From Paraspadella gotoi (lineage: Eukaryota > Animalia > Chaetognatha), in the NCBI GenBank assembly GCA_051294375.1, contig JBJCIZ010000239.1:1878581-1942580 (forward strand): a DNA stretch of 64,000 nt, written 5' to 3'. This document shows, piece after piece, positions 28,235 to 43,788 of this stretch (position 1 is the first letter of the stretch; every line of letters begins with the position of its first letter). A model generated the notes under the pieces. That model was not told where the DNA came from and made no database searches. It saw only the letters and a list, made by a program, of their open reading frames with translations. A program made the translations under genes and the position numbers.

Positions 28235-31047
28235 TCACTCATTGTCGTAATCGTCGTCATTCTCTTCGATCATCACTGCATCAGGGGCAACGTTGTCGTC
28301 GTCGTCGACGTCGTCGTCGTCATCATCATCCTCTTCCTCCTCATCATCCTCTTCGCCGTTGACGACGAGCACCTTGTCCAGTGTCTCCATGTCCTCCCCA
28401 CTAAGGTCGTCGTCACTGTACATCCAGTTGGCGTCCAGCGGTTCGCGCGTGAGAATCAAACCGCGATTGTAGAGGGCATTGGCCGTCGTCAACTGGGTAT
28501 TGGTGATTAAAACATTTTAAATATAATATTTATAATATTATTTTTTTAAAGACAAAGCAAAACTCCCAAACCTTTTCCTCCAACGTTCCCGCGGGGAGAT
28601 CCTCCACCCGAACAAAGGCGGGATATTCGCGGACGAGAAACTCGACGTTCTCCGCCTGATCCGCCGGAACCTCGAAACAAGCGGGATCCCTGGCATGATA
28701 TGTCCGCAGATTGTCCGCCGCGTAAAAGACCCAGACGGCGTCGTTCTCCATCACAAGACGGAGGATCCTCTTCCGCGCCACCTTGATCGGCGTCTCTGGC
28801 GCCAGCTCCACCGCGCCGGCGACGCGACCCTCGTCCGACCGCCAGTACTCCCCGGCGCCGCGACAACTTCGCCCGTCCTCCTCGACGGCGAAGGACGGCG
28901 GGAGAGAGTCGTGGACGAAGGCTTTGGCCAACTGATCGACGGCGGCGTCGACGGGCGCGTGGGACTTGAGCTTGTCAAACAGATCGGAGACTCTCGTTAA
29001 GAAAGTCTGCCGCTCGGAGGTTTCTTGATCCTGGTTACTGATGCCCACGTGATCGAGGTAGCCGAGGGGAAGACCCCGTCGAAAGTCGACGTCGTCCTGA
29101 ACGGCGGCGGCGAGGGCTTGGGGGATCATCTTCTCGAAGAGGTCGGCCCACGAGGTTTTTTGGTAAGTGGAGACTGTGATATGGAGCGAGTGTCGATCGT
29201 CCTGTGTGACGGCTTGATGAATCACGCCCCGGGGAAAGTAGAGCAAATCGCCCGGCTCCAACTCGGCGTCCAAAATGCACTCGCCCAAGTCGCTCTGCTC
29301 GAGGTTGGGACTGGAGAATCGCGGAAGAGTCTCTTCGGGCTTCCGCGGATCGTAGAGGCGCCACCTCTTCTTCCCTTCCAACTGCAGGACGAAGGCCTCA
29401 ATGTCGTCCCAATGCGGGGCGAAACCCTGCGACCCCGGCGGCGTCAGATAGACATTGGCGCCGACGAAGCTGCCGAAATATTCTTGCAGCGTCGAGAGCA
29501 TCTTCCAGCATCTCGTCGAGTAGGTTTGGGGATTGAGAAGACGCACGGAGCAGCCTTGTTGATAAAAGTCCCAGACGACGGAGGCGTGGGCGCGTCCGGC
29601 CGGATTGTGGGTCTCTCGACGACCGGATTTGCTGAAGGTGACGACGTCGATGTTTTGGCCAAATAGAAGCGAGTGTCGTCGGAGGATCGAGTCCAATTCG
29701 GCCGTGGAGAACCACCCCGCGTTGTAGTCGGCGTTTTTCCGCTTTACCAACAGCGGCTTTCTCTCCCACAGTTTGGCGAAAAACTTGGGAGGTTCCACCG
29801 GAGAGAGGAGCCACTCGAAAGCGAGGCGACCTTCCACGGCGCTGTCGGCGTCGACGTCCAACCGGCGCCATCCGGGAATCGAAGAAAACTTGAGCGACTT
29901 TGATGAAGAGGAAGCCGGAATCTCGGATCGCTCCGTCTTGGGCGATTTGTCAGCAGGGTCGCGCTTAAGATCTTCTTTTTCTTCGTCGACGGGTTTCTTC
30001 AAAATTCCTTTCAATTCAATCGACGCCGAATCTTCCCTTCTTTTCATGACCGACTTGTCGGCCGCCATACCCGACTTGGCGGCCTCCACCCTCTCTAACG
30101 CATCGACCTTGTTGACGGCGTTGTTACTTTTTCTCTTCTTGTTCTTGGCCGCCTTACGGGCTTTGGCGCTCTCCACGATGGACTCCATCTTTTCGGCGGT
30201 GATGAGGACGCGACTGTGGCGGTACACGCCAGGCTTTACTTTGTCTGAATGGAAAAGGAAAAAAACGCCATAGGTCCTCTTCGCATCCTTCACGTTTGTT
30301 ATTCCTTGACCTCAATGGATAGATGGATCTGATGGTAGTTCGTCTAGCTTTTCTCTCTTGAGTCTTCAACTTACCCTCAAGAAACTAACGTCAAACTCCC
30401 AAGTTCTTATGGAGCTTTAAATAATTGTTTTTTTTTTTGTATTTTACGTTAATAAAACTCTAATATATCTACGTTACTTCGTTGTCATTTTCTTATTTTA
30501 TGAAAGTGCTATTTTTCTAACAAAACGTTTAAAGTTTTGATATACTATAAAACTGCCTCAACAATATAATCGTCAAGCGCGTTGACTCACCAGCCGCTTT
30601 TCCGAAAACCATCTCCATCTCGGATTTCACGGGTTCCATCTTTCCATCCTCCTCCTCGTCGCTCTCGCTCCTCCTCCTCTTCTTCTTACTCGATTTCGCT
30701 TCGAATTTCTTCTTCGCTCTTTCAACGAAGACGCCGGCGGCGGCGCCACCCGCGCCACCATTCGCCGCTCCGCCTCCGCCCCTCTTACCCACTTCCTTTC
30801 CCGCCGCTTCTCGACGAGCGAGGGTCTTCTCGACGCTCTCCTTCAAATCATCGTCCCTCTTCGCCTCCTTCTCTTCCCTCGTCTTTCTCTTTCTCTTCTT
30901 CTTCCTCTTCTTCTCTTCCGCCTCCTCCCTCAGTTTCTGTCTCTTCAACCTTTCGGCCTTCAAGAAAGAGACGACGTTGTCTCGCTTGTGATTTTGTCTC
31001 GCGACGCATTTGTCTTTGAACGCCTCAAAGGCGGAAACGCCGGACAT
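28235..31047 (-). CDS. RIOX1: JmjC ribosomal oxygenase NO66 (histidyl hydroxylase)
   Basis: GCSVRLLNPQ, GANVYLTPPGSQGFAPHWDDIEAFVLQLEGKKRWRLY, LEPGDLLYFPRGVIHQA and SLHIT. Basic N-terminal exon 31047-30590, acidic last exon 28492-28235. Confidence 0.93.
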
Positions 31048-31354
31048 TATTCTAGAAATAAAACAAATACCATTTCATGAATAATAATTATCTAAAAAAA
31101 ACAATTAACAGACAAAATGTAACAAATGGTTTTTGAAAAAAATATATGCATCATTAAAATTAGTGGGTGGACGTGATTCCTGAGTGCACATGTTTTTAAC
31201 AATTTTGTAGTAGCAATAATTAACTAAAAGGAGAATAGAAAATACATATTGACTTTAGACTAGTGCAGAAAAAAAGTTTGTATAAATTCACGAAAGGTCT
31301 CTGTAAGACAAACTCTCGTTGGAATTTGTTGCTCATCACCTCTAAAAACTATTT

Positions 31355-31963
31355 TCAATTCTCAACGCATGAAACGGAAAAGCCGAGAATACTTTTGACT
31401 CTCTCCACCTCCGAATGCCCGATGTCTTCAAGCACCGCGACGACCTCTCTTCGATTCAACGGCGCCACGCCCCTTTCCGGCATCCCGTGATTGAGTCGCC
31501 ACCTTTGCAGCATCCTCATCGGCCTCATGAGGGCGTTGCGGTCGGCGGCTATCTCGTCCACGTCTCTTTGGCAGAGACCGCCGGCGAGCACGCCGACATC
31601 GACCCAGACGTCGGAAATGGCGTCGCAGAGTCGCATCATCTCGTGCTCCTCCAAGCGCCTCGTCTCGAACTCGCTCGGTTCGTTCGACTCGGCGATCTGC
31701 GTTCCCTCGCAGAGATGAGGGTACTCTTGGACGAGGCATCGAAAGAACTCGGCCACGCGGGCCTCGTCGCTAGTGTACATTTTCATCAAGAGATGGCGAC
31801 ATCGGTTTTTTCTCGACTTGACTTCGTCGTTGAGAATCTCGAGGTCGTCCTGATCGAGGAGGCGTGCCGCGTAGAGGACGTGGCAAACGTCTTTCGGCTC
31901 GAGGTCCGACATCGACTTTCGCCATATTTTTCTAAGTCGGAGACGCCCTTGCTCCAGGGTCAT
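31355..31963 (-). CDS. Intronless CARD + death-domain adaptor (RAIDD/CRADD-like architecture)
   Basis: N-terminal DLEPKDVCHVLYAARLLDQDDLEIL..RCRHLL..FFRCLVQEYPHL is CARD-like. C-terminal LCDAISDVWVDVG..GLCQRDVDEI..MRMLQRWR..VLEDIGH is death-domain-like. Confidence 0.65.
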   Translation of the reverse strand: MTLEQGRLRLRKIWRKSMSDLEPKDVCHVLYAARLLDQDDLEILNDEVKSRKNRCRHLLMKMYTSDEARVAEFFRCLVQEYPHLCEGTQIAESNEPSEFETRRLEEHEMMRLCDAISDVWVDVGVLAGGLCQRDVDEIAADRNALMRPMRMLQRWRLNHGMPERGVAPLNRREVVAVLEDIGHSEVERVKSILGFSVSCVEN

Positions 31964-32200
31964 CCTTTTTTTTTTTTTGTTAAACGGGGGAAAATAAAAC
32001 AAAAATATATATCTTTGTTTTAACGACTAGATAATAACTGCATAACTTAACAATTCACCTATAACAATTATTCCAATAATAAACCCTTAGATTAAAACGA
32101 CCATCGAAAAAAGACAAGAGGGTAAGTCAACGTTACTCTGCCTTTTTCAGATTTGGTAAGGAAAAAAGGGGGTAGGTTGGGGGAAAGGGAAAGTATGGGG

Positions 32201-34473
<2,273 letters not shown>

Positions 34474-35308
34474 GATGAAGTTGACCTTCACTGTTGACCT
34501 TCACTGTCGACGACGTATTTTTATCACATAAGTACATTACTTCATATCACATCAAATTTTTCTCCTAAAGAACAAAAATAAATATAAAAAAAAAATTTAA
34601 CAAAGGCTGTTCGTAATCACAACACTGTTATCATAATCATAACTCTGTTATAGTTGTCATAATTATAACACGAGTGAAAAGGAGAAAACAAAACTCATTG
34701 ATCAATAACACAAATTTTCATAATCACAATTTTGTAATTATTAATGACTTAATAGTCAATCGTTTATTTTTGTGCAAGATTCATTCATAAAGCTGCTCAT
34801 TTGTAAACGGTATGCACTATGCACCCTCATTCCAATGTTTTTCAAGGGGCCGAGCACACGAGTCTCCTCTTTCTCTTGAAAGACTTGGTCAGGATCTTTG
34901 CCTTCGTAAAATCGAATTGTCCCTTCCAACTCAGAAAACTGAGAAAAAAAAAGAAGCATATATATCTACATATAAAATTAATAATTAGATACCAAATTAG
35001 AAACATCGCTCTCGAAAGTTGCAGTTATTTCGATTATCGTTGATTGCGTTCATACAGGTTAATAAGGTTTCTTAAAACTAACCTTGATGAACTAATTCTG
35101 GGTGAAGACTTCCCCGTCAATGTTTGTTATTTTAGTTTTATAAAGGAAACGCCTTAAATATAAACATGTTTAAAACGACGGAGACAAAGAAATAATTGGC
35201 GCCACCGATATTTGGCGAAATTCGCTGACAAAAGTAAAAGGAAATTACGGGGAAAGCAGTTGTGTCTTTATCACTAAATAATATTGTAATATTGTCAGCC
35301 GCAGCCGC

Positions 35309-35661
35309 TCAGACTTTCATCTGATGGATCATCTCCTCTTTGTTGATCAAGTGCGTGGTCTTATTGACGAGGGTCATGAGCTGGCTGAGGCTGTTCGACC
35401 ACTCGTCGAGGATGTGATTGGGATCTTGCGTTGCAGCGAACTGGACGATCCCGTCCAGTCGGTCCACCTTGGCGAAGACCGTCTTCTTCGTCACCAGGCT
35501 GGAGAGGAACTCTTCCGCCTCCGCTTCCTTCAAGTCCAAGAGTTCGGCCATGCTGTGGTGGGGGAGGGGGAGAAAGAAGGGGGGTTGAATGTTATATAAG
35601 GTAAGAAAAAATAGCCTATTAAACTTTAGACTAAATTAGAGGCGACAAAATTTATATATCT

Positions 35662-35703
<42 letters not shown>

Positions 35704-36420
35704 ACCGTTTCATGGTGACTCTTGTGTAAAACTTGGCCATGATTCTGATGTTGTGTTCGACGACGCGATTCTTAAACTCATTCCATCTCTTCTCTCCGCT
35801 GGCGTCGGAGGGAAAAACCGTCGTCACTGGATCCGCTGCTGTGCCGTTGCGGAGGGACGGCGAATAGAGGGCCACTGGAGATGATAAAATCTCATTTGCA
35901 TATTGGACCATTAAAGTTCCACCATTTTTTCTTAACTTTACGACACAGCGGATGCGTAATTTAGAATGCTGCCAAAGTTTTTTTTTTTTTTTTTTTTTTA
36001 GACTTTGCCAACATCAGCCCTTGATCAGCAAAAATGTTTTTTTTTTCGCAAAATGCGTTTAGAAAAAACGGGGACAATAGAATGAAGGCATCTCGTTAAG
36101 TTAGTTCAGATAAAAAAAAAGTATATTTTATAATTGTACTCATAAATGTAACTAAATATACAGCTGGTAAAAATCCATGGACAATACGGATCTCCCGGTT
36201 ACGAAAATCCACTCCCCCCAGCCAACACTTATTTATTTTTTTTTTATTATTATTTATTTACCAGTCTCCCTCCAATTGATGAGCTCGGGAGTAGTGAAGA
36301 TTTTGACCAACTGATGATAAACGGGGATCTCTTCGAGATTCTTGTCCGTCTTGATCCGCTGGATCAGATCCGATTGCTCGTTGTCGTAAGGGGAGAGGAT
36401 GCAGTAGAGAACCACGTGTC

Positions 36421-36491
<71 letters not shown>

Positions 36492-38133
36492 ATCATTATC
36501 ACATTATTAAGCAACTCCGCAGCAGGAGATAAGAAAAATCAATGAGGATCAAATTGAGCTTATGGCAAAAAACATTTCGCCCCTTCCCAAGTCCCACTCT
36601 CCCTACCAACCTGTCAGGAACAAACTCTTGTGGAATTCTCGATTGGATCTTTGTGGAAATCGACTCACCTCAACACCTCCTTCATCTTGTCCTCGTCGTC
36701 GAGCACGGTCTTCGTGTTGTAGATGGCCTTGTAGTGTTTGCAGACGGCCAAGTAGGATTCCTCGTGAAGATCGACGCGGATCATGAGTCTGTAGAATCGG
36801 AGCTTGTACTCCTCGGTTCCCTCCTCGTCGAAGAACCGGGTGGAGATTTTCTTGGAAATGATCTGCGTCCGGATGAAGTCGTCCTTCGCCAGGCAGAGAC
36901 GCATTTGCTCCAGGATGAAGTCCACTTTTTCTTTTTTCTCCATCGAACCGTAGGTTTCGACCTGGGATTATCATCGGGTTTGGGAGAAAGAAATTAGAAT
37001 GGAGAGATATTAATATGGATGTTGATTGTTGAATGTTTATTAGGAATTTGAATACTTTGTCGTTAGTGTCAATGAAGGTAATCCGCTTTGAAGACTTTGT
37101 AATAAAAGCTTCATAAAATTGTGATCCGTTTCATGAATTTAAATCTCATATTATGGCAACAGCCGGGTTGCCTGTGATGCCAATTGGGATGGGGCATCTC
37201 ACTGTTGGCTTTGGGGGCTTCCGACACTCAGTGACGCCTCCTGTCACTGGCGCAGTTACCCTAGAACGGTCTCCCTTTGCCAACACAGGGAAGTCGTTAG
37301 AACTGTGGATGAAACGCAACGCTTGGGATGGTGCGTTCCCCCTCTTAGCCAATGATATTGACTGAACGATGGTGGACGTGAGGCGGTGTGAATATACCGC
37401 CACAGAATCTCATTTAATCTCATGTAATTTTGTAATTGTTATCCAAAAATCTTAATTTATCGAATTTTCAAAAGACGACGACTAATAAATAACCTGCAAT
37501 TCTTGCAAAACGGTGGCGGCTTCGGTGATGTTTCCCTCGGCCTCGCGAATTTCCGCCAACGTCCGCGTGAGGCGCGCGCGTTCGTTCTCCACGTAAATTT
37601 TTCCCGCCGTCACCGTGCGAAGAGTGTCGATGAGCTGAAAGATTTGATGTTGTACGATGTTTTCATACAAATTTTTTATCTACTACGACAGATATACGAA
37701 GCGACACCTTTAATTTGGTCTCCTTGTCCGGAGTCTGCTCCACGTATGCGACGCAAGTCTGGACCATCTTGGTGACGGCCTGCTTCAACTGACTTCGCTT
37801 CTTGGACAGAGCCATCACGTTGTCGTTGAGGAGATTCCAGTCTTTCTTGTCGAAGCACAACTCGACGATGCAGACGAGGATGCGGCCTAAGAAACAAAAC
37901 AAAGTTGACGAAACAAAAAAAAAAAGAAAAAACAAAAGAGAAACAAAACCGAGGACTTCCGAACCGGTGGAAACGGCGTCGGCGGCGGTCCGGGTCTGCT
38001 TCTCCAGAGTGTAGAGCTGCTCGAGCGCCTCCTCCAGTCTCCCGGATTTAGCGAGGGCCTTCAGTTCGGGAATGGCCTTGTCCACCTCCGCGCTGTAGTC
38101 CACCTCCATCTTTACCAAAGTGTTATCAGTCAT
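35309..38133 (-). CDS. PSMD12: 26S proteasome lid subunit Rpn5
   Basis: [61 protein letters not shown] and [11 protein letters not shown]. Confidence 0.96.
37152..37404 (+). mobile_element. Repeat family A, copy in a PSMD12 intron (opposite orientation)
   Basis: TATGGCAACAGCCGGGTTGCC...GGCGGTGTGAATATACCGCCACA. Confidence 0.8.
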
Positions 38134-38427
38134 TTTTATTAATTTAGTATAAAGTTCGTTACTGCTAAAAAAAAATATGTGATAACATAAAATTAACCGA
38201 CGAATTGTAGAATGTATAAAAGAACAAAAAATGAACTACTATGCTACAAATTGTGTAGACATTGTTAAAAATTTGGAATATTCTTGCCGAAAAATTGACA
38301 ATCGCTATCGTCAAAAACAAACAAAAACAATAACAAAAATTGGCTTCGTAGGCATTAAAACAATAACAATTTTATCTAAGATAATAAGAAAAAAAAAAAA
38401 AAAACAGGTACAAAAAACAACGATTTC

Positions 38428-39036
38428 TCAGCGATCCTCGTCCAATAATTCCCACAAGGCGTTGGTGACATCGAATCCCGACATTTCTTTCGCGTTGAAT
38501 TCAAACTCTTCGACACCGGAGACGAGAACGGCCACGCCCCTCACCGAGTCCTTCGGGGCGTCGGGATCGAACTCCACGCCGGTCAAGTTCGTGTACAACC
38601 GGAACTTTGCTCTCTCGGCGCGCTCGGCGTCTCTTCGACGCCGGTGCCATCCTTCCGCATCGCCGCCGAGTCTCCGCAGTTCCTCGTCGAGGGCGTCCTT
38701 TTCCGCGCGCAGCTTCTCGGCGTCGGCGGACTCCTCGGCCAATCGCCCCTGGATCGTCGCCTTCTCGTCGCGGAGTCGAAGAGTCGTTTTCTCGATCTCC
38801 TCCAGATTCTGACGACAGGTTTGAAGAAGAAGACCAAGATCCTCGGCGGCGCCCTGCACGGCGACGACGTCGTCCTCCAGCGTGGCGGATTCGCCGGCGG
38901 CGAGCGCGTCGGCGAGGCGGCGCGCCTGCGTCGATTCGGCGGCGTCGACGGCGACTTCGTCCTCGTCGCCTTCGTCGTCGTACATGGCGGAGATTTCGTC
39001 GCAAAGAGACGGGTTTTGCGATTTAGTATTAGACAT
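38428..39036 (-). CDS. SPC24: Kinetochore Ndc80-complex subunit SPC24-like, intronless
   Basis: Long coiled coil followed by LYTNLTGVEFD..VRG..FDVTNALWELL, resembling the Spc24 RWD C-terminus. Confidence 0.7.
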   Translation of the reverse strand: MSNTKSQNPSLCDEISAMYDDEGDEDEVAVDAAESTQARRLADALAAGESATLEDDVVAVQGAAEDLGLLLQTCRQNLEEIEKTTLRLRDEKATIQGRLAEESADAEKLRAEKDALDEELRRLGGDAEGWHRRRRDAERAERAKFRLYTNLTGVEFDPDAPKDSVRGVAVLVSGVEEFEFNAKEMSGFDVTNALWELLDEDR

Positions 39037-39303
39037 TTTTTTTAAACTTTTTTTAAAATTTATTCCTTGGGTTATATGGCCAATTAATTATCTTAAAGAT
39101 ATTTAATAATATCTCGGATTTAGCGATAAAGAAATTGAGACGTTTTATTCTAATGACTTAGATTGGAATTATAGAAACAATAAAGCACAGCCGTTTAATC
39201 AATAAAAAGGTTTAACAAATAAAGTATTTTTAATCAATGATAATTAAAGAGGACTATCGATGTGCAATGCGTCAAATTCTTCCCGATGCCACGCCCCCTT
39301 TTA

Positions 39304-42300
39304 TCAACCCCGCTCGCAAATGACTTCGACGACGGAGGTTTCCATGGGAACGGGATCCAAACAACGATTGGCAGCTGAGGCGACAATCTCGTCGAGAAGG
39401 CAGTAGACTACGTTTTCGTCGGAGACGAAGCGCCACAGGTAAAGTTGGAGGTAGTGGGCGTCGACCTGAATCTGTTGGAGTCCGTAGCGGGAGAAAGTCC
39501 GTAGGCGGACGCACTCGAGGAGCGTCTTGAGTGAGATTTTGACGATGCCCGTCAGGATGGAGACTCGAGAAAACTCGACCGGGCTGAAGATCTCGATCTT
39601 TTCCGAGAAAAGCTTTTGGATGTTGGAGATGAGCGAGTTGCCGAGGGAAGAGGCGGCGGTGGAGCCGCCCCACGCGGCGGCGAAGCGCCCGCCGCGGGGG
39701 AACGTGCGGCGGCTGGAATCGCTGCCGACGCTGCGTTCAGGGAGGGAGGAGTCTTCGAAGAGTTGGCCGACCTGGATGTGCGGGAGAGGACAAAGGGTAA
39801 ACTGGGACAACTGACAATTATGACAATTAAATCGTTAATTATTTAGCTATTAATGGAACCACAAATAAACATGATCATTTACTAATGTAAAATAATAATA
39901 TTAAACCTTTAAGGTAATAGAATAAAAATTTATCAAAGCTTAATCAGAATACGACAATATGCAAATGAGATTGAGGAACTCAATCTCATTTCAGACAATT
40001 CACAAATTAATCTGCTACAGAGCCTCCTTCCTTTAAAGAATTCAACAACGATTAAAAGAATGGGTAACAAAAATATAATTTGCATATTATATTTTCGATC
40101 AGCGATAAGTGAAGAAGGTAGATTGTGCCAAAATAAGGCAGGCGAGAAATTTTTATGGAGCTAAATTACATTCGGCATTTCTCATGTAGGAGAAAAATAA
40201 TCGTCGTTGAGATATTATGAATTGCGGCGTATTTGTATTTTTATTTTTTTGTAGATTTAGTCTTTCTGGTAAGGCAACGAAACGACAGGTAGGTTAACCT
40301 GGACATCGACGGCGGTGACGTCCTCGACGACTCGTTTCATGACTCCCCTCACGTTTCGCGGTTCGATCGAGTTCAACCAATCCCGAGTCTCCACGCTCTT
40401 CCTCAACATCTTGACGACGGAGAAAGGGTAAGTATAAACAGGGCAACTCAGGGATCAGCTCCTTCTTGAAAATCTCTCTTTTTACCTGCGATATTTTGAG
40501 CCCCTCGACCCGAACGAAATGATTGAGTAAATTCTGCGAGACTTCGCGAGATTTGGAGGAGAGTTCCGCGATCGTTTCCGGGGAATTCGCGGCCGCCGAG
40601 GCGAAGTTCTCGTCGGCGATGGAAGCGAGGAGGGAAATCGTAGAGTCGGACAGGGACTGTGTAGGGAGAAGGATGAAGGATGAAGAAAACAAAAAAAAGG
40701 ATAAAGAAATTCTTACGTATATATACTTTTTATTCAACTACCTCGCTTTTAAAAACACTCAGTTTAGTAATTCAATACAAATCATTAAAACTCAACCTGA
40801 CAAAAGCGCGATAGAATGATGAGCAACGCCGGGGGAAAATTGGCACTCCTCTCGGCAGAGGCGTCGCAATATTCGGCGCACGTTTTGAGGACGTCGCTCA
40901 AGAATCCAGAAACGAGCTCCTCGTGAACGACGGCGCTGAAGGGATTCCTGAAGTAGCTCTTCAGAGCGAACGTGTTATCCTCCTTGACGAAAGTCCGCAA
41001 ATTGGCCATGACGTTCTTAAACTGCTCCACCACCGACGTCTCTACGTGGGCTAGAAGCTTGAAGAGTCCCGATCCACCCTCTGCCGAACTCGGAGAGTCT
41101 CGTCCGGCGGATCCGGGCTCCATGGTGCTCGGCGCCGCGAGGCTCTGACGCACGTCCATGACGCAGTCGACCAAATGCTGCCCCAGAGCATGTCGATAAA
41201 AGCCGGCACGTTCCTTGGCCGCTTTGGAGACAATCTCGATGCCCGCGCGGGAAAAGTCTGTGTCCGGCAGCAGCTTGTTCATGGCTTGAAGTCGGCGGTG
41301 GAATCGGTCCAGCGCTCGAACTAGGATAGAGTTTTCGCCCGTCTCGTGCTCGAGTCGCACGCGTTCGCCCACCATGGAAAAGTAGCGTTCCATGAGGGAG
41401 TTGACGAAGCCGACGAGCTTCTTGAGGGCGACGGAGTCGAGATTCTCCGATGCTTCGGACATCTTGGCATTCCACAAGAACATTTCGTTGTAGGAGGCGA
41501 TGACGAGGCACATGTTGCTAAGGAATCCATTACATCCTTCGTCGACAAACTCGAGGACGTCCATGGATCGAAGCTCCGGCGAAGGAGAATTAGAGCCGCG
41601 GTCGAGTGTTTCCAGCGGCAGAGGCTGCGGCGGCGCGGAGGATTCTCGCAGGGCGCGGCGCTGCCGCTCGATCGAGGTCCTCTCATGCAGCAGGTCGAGT
41701 TGCGATCGAAGCACCGACAAATCCTCGTCCAACTTGAGGCGGCTGTGGCTTAAAAAGTCTTCGCACAAACTCTCCGGTGGTTCGTTCAGCTCCAGCAGCA
41801 GCTCTACGCACTCGGCCAGCTGCTGGGGCGTGGAGGTCTTGTCGCCGAATCGCTCCTTGAGTTTCTCTCGTAGTCGCTCCACGATGGCGTTGGTTTCGTC
41901 GAAGATTCCCTTGAAGGAGGGCATGTCCTTGTAGGCCTCCAGCACCCGGCGGGCCTTTTGATAAACGCGCACAGCTTGACCGTAGTTTTCCTCGTCCATC
42001 TTGGCCTTCAACGTCGTCGGCAAATCCATGAGGAACTGGAGCTTTTGCAGGAGGCCGTGGACGGAGCCGAGCTTGTTGATGCGCTGGCGACGATCCTCGA
42101 GGGTGGAGGAGATCTGACCGCTGAAATCGGTGATGGACGACATGTTGTCGGCCAGTTGGTTCATCTCGTCCTCCATCTGCCGAAAATCATTCTTCATCCG
42201 CTTGATAGTGTCGGTGGCGGCGATGAATTTGGCGTAGTTCTCGTAGATGAGGGTCCGCATGTCGGAGTCGAGGGCGCGGATCTGTTGGGTCATGTCGCTC

Positions 42301-42853
42301 TCGATGTCCATGATCTGCAAGGCGGGATTGTGATGGAGGGAGGGGGGATGAAGAGGAGATTTATAAGAGCTAAGAATCAAATGTGAAGATGGCGGGACAT
42401 ACAAGTTCCCCACAGACTGGTACGCATTCAGAGCTTGCGGTTGCGGTATTGATCGCTTTCATCGATTTATGAGGACTTGGCTCTGGGACTCTTTCGTTCG
42501 TTCGTTCATTCATTCATTCATTCATTCATCCATCAAGAAATTTATCGATTAACATTCGAACCTGAGCGAGTGATTTCTCGCTCAAGACTTGAGTGAGATA
42601 CATGTCACGATCGAAATTGGCCGTGTTGATATCGGTGGGGTCTTGATCGAGTCTCGAAGGTGGCGCCATTTCGCCTAAGTCCAAAAAAATGATAAAATTT
42701 AAACCGAAACCAGTGGTTTCGGCAAAACCGATGCGAATCGTTTGAAGGATGTTTCGAAAACTGACCGTCAGCGGTCGAGGCGCCTTCGCCGGTGGCGTCT
42801 CCGTCGTAGTAGGACTTAAGAAAAACCCGCCGCCTCTGACGGTCGCTGGACAT
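39304..42853 (-). CDS. VPS51: GARP/EARP complex subunit VPS51
   Basis: [58 protein letters not shown] and [28 protein letters not shown]. Confidence 0.95.
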
Positions 42854-43788
42854 GATCGAGTTTTTTTTTATTAAAAGCGCGAGAAAACTAAACTTGGAAA
42901 TACGAACCAATTTTAGAATTTCCCTCTAATAAAGAACTAACGTTAGGCAGAAGAAAATGTATGTAAAATTAGTTAGGGAGAGAGATCTCATCGAGTTTAG
43001 GAGACACTGTTAAAAAAAAAATAATTATAATTATAATATGAAGAGAAGTCGATAAAAATAACTATTTCACAGAAGAAAAATATTTCATCAAAATTGGTCG
43101 AGAAAAAAGAGAAATATGAGGGTTTGAATGAGAAAGTTATTAAACTTATTCATAAAAAGCTCGAAAATATCGAAAAACACACTATTCTCATAAAAAAAAT
43201 GTAATATCTTCCATGCGGAGTTCCCACCACGAAAACTACCAGTCGTCAAAAAAATATTATGTGCGCATTTGAATAAAAATATTTGTTGGCGCGAAAAAAA
43301 AACTAGCTTCGCAAATTGCATAGAGTGAAAAAAAAAAAAAAACGGGACCGATTAACAATCGAGACATCTTTAGCAGAACTTTACCACATTAGGACAATTT
43401 CATTTTGTAAAAAAAAAAATTCATCAACGGATGACTGCAAATCCAGAAATATCCACGCTATGTCACGGACTTTATTAAGTTCCGTAACTTTCTCTCGCTC
43501 ATTTTGGATAATAAATTTAAAAATATATAAAGTAAATGTAAAGTTAACAAAAACGAAAAAAAAACCCTCATAAACCTTCACCATATCACATTTTCAAGTT
43601 TGCGACCAGCGGCTCGTTTATCCGGACCAAGAAACTCACGTAAGCTGCCCTCGGAGAAAAAAAAAAAGAAGTAGAGAACAGCGAGAAAAAAAAACAAACA
43701 TTAGATATACATATAGGCTTTAAACACTCCCCCCCCTCCTCCGTCCATAACTGACAACCCCTAACCCTTCCCTCCCCCCCCAACTGGG

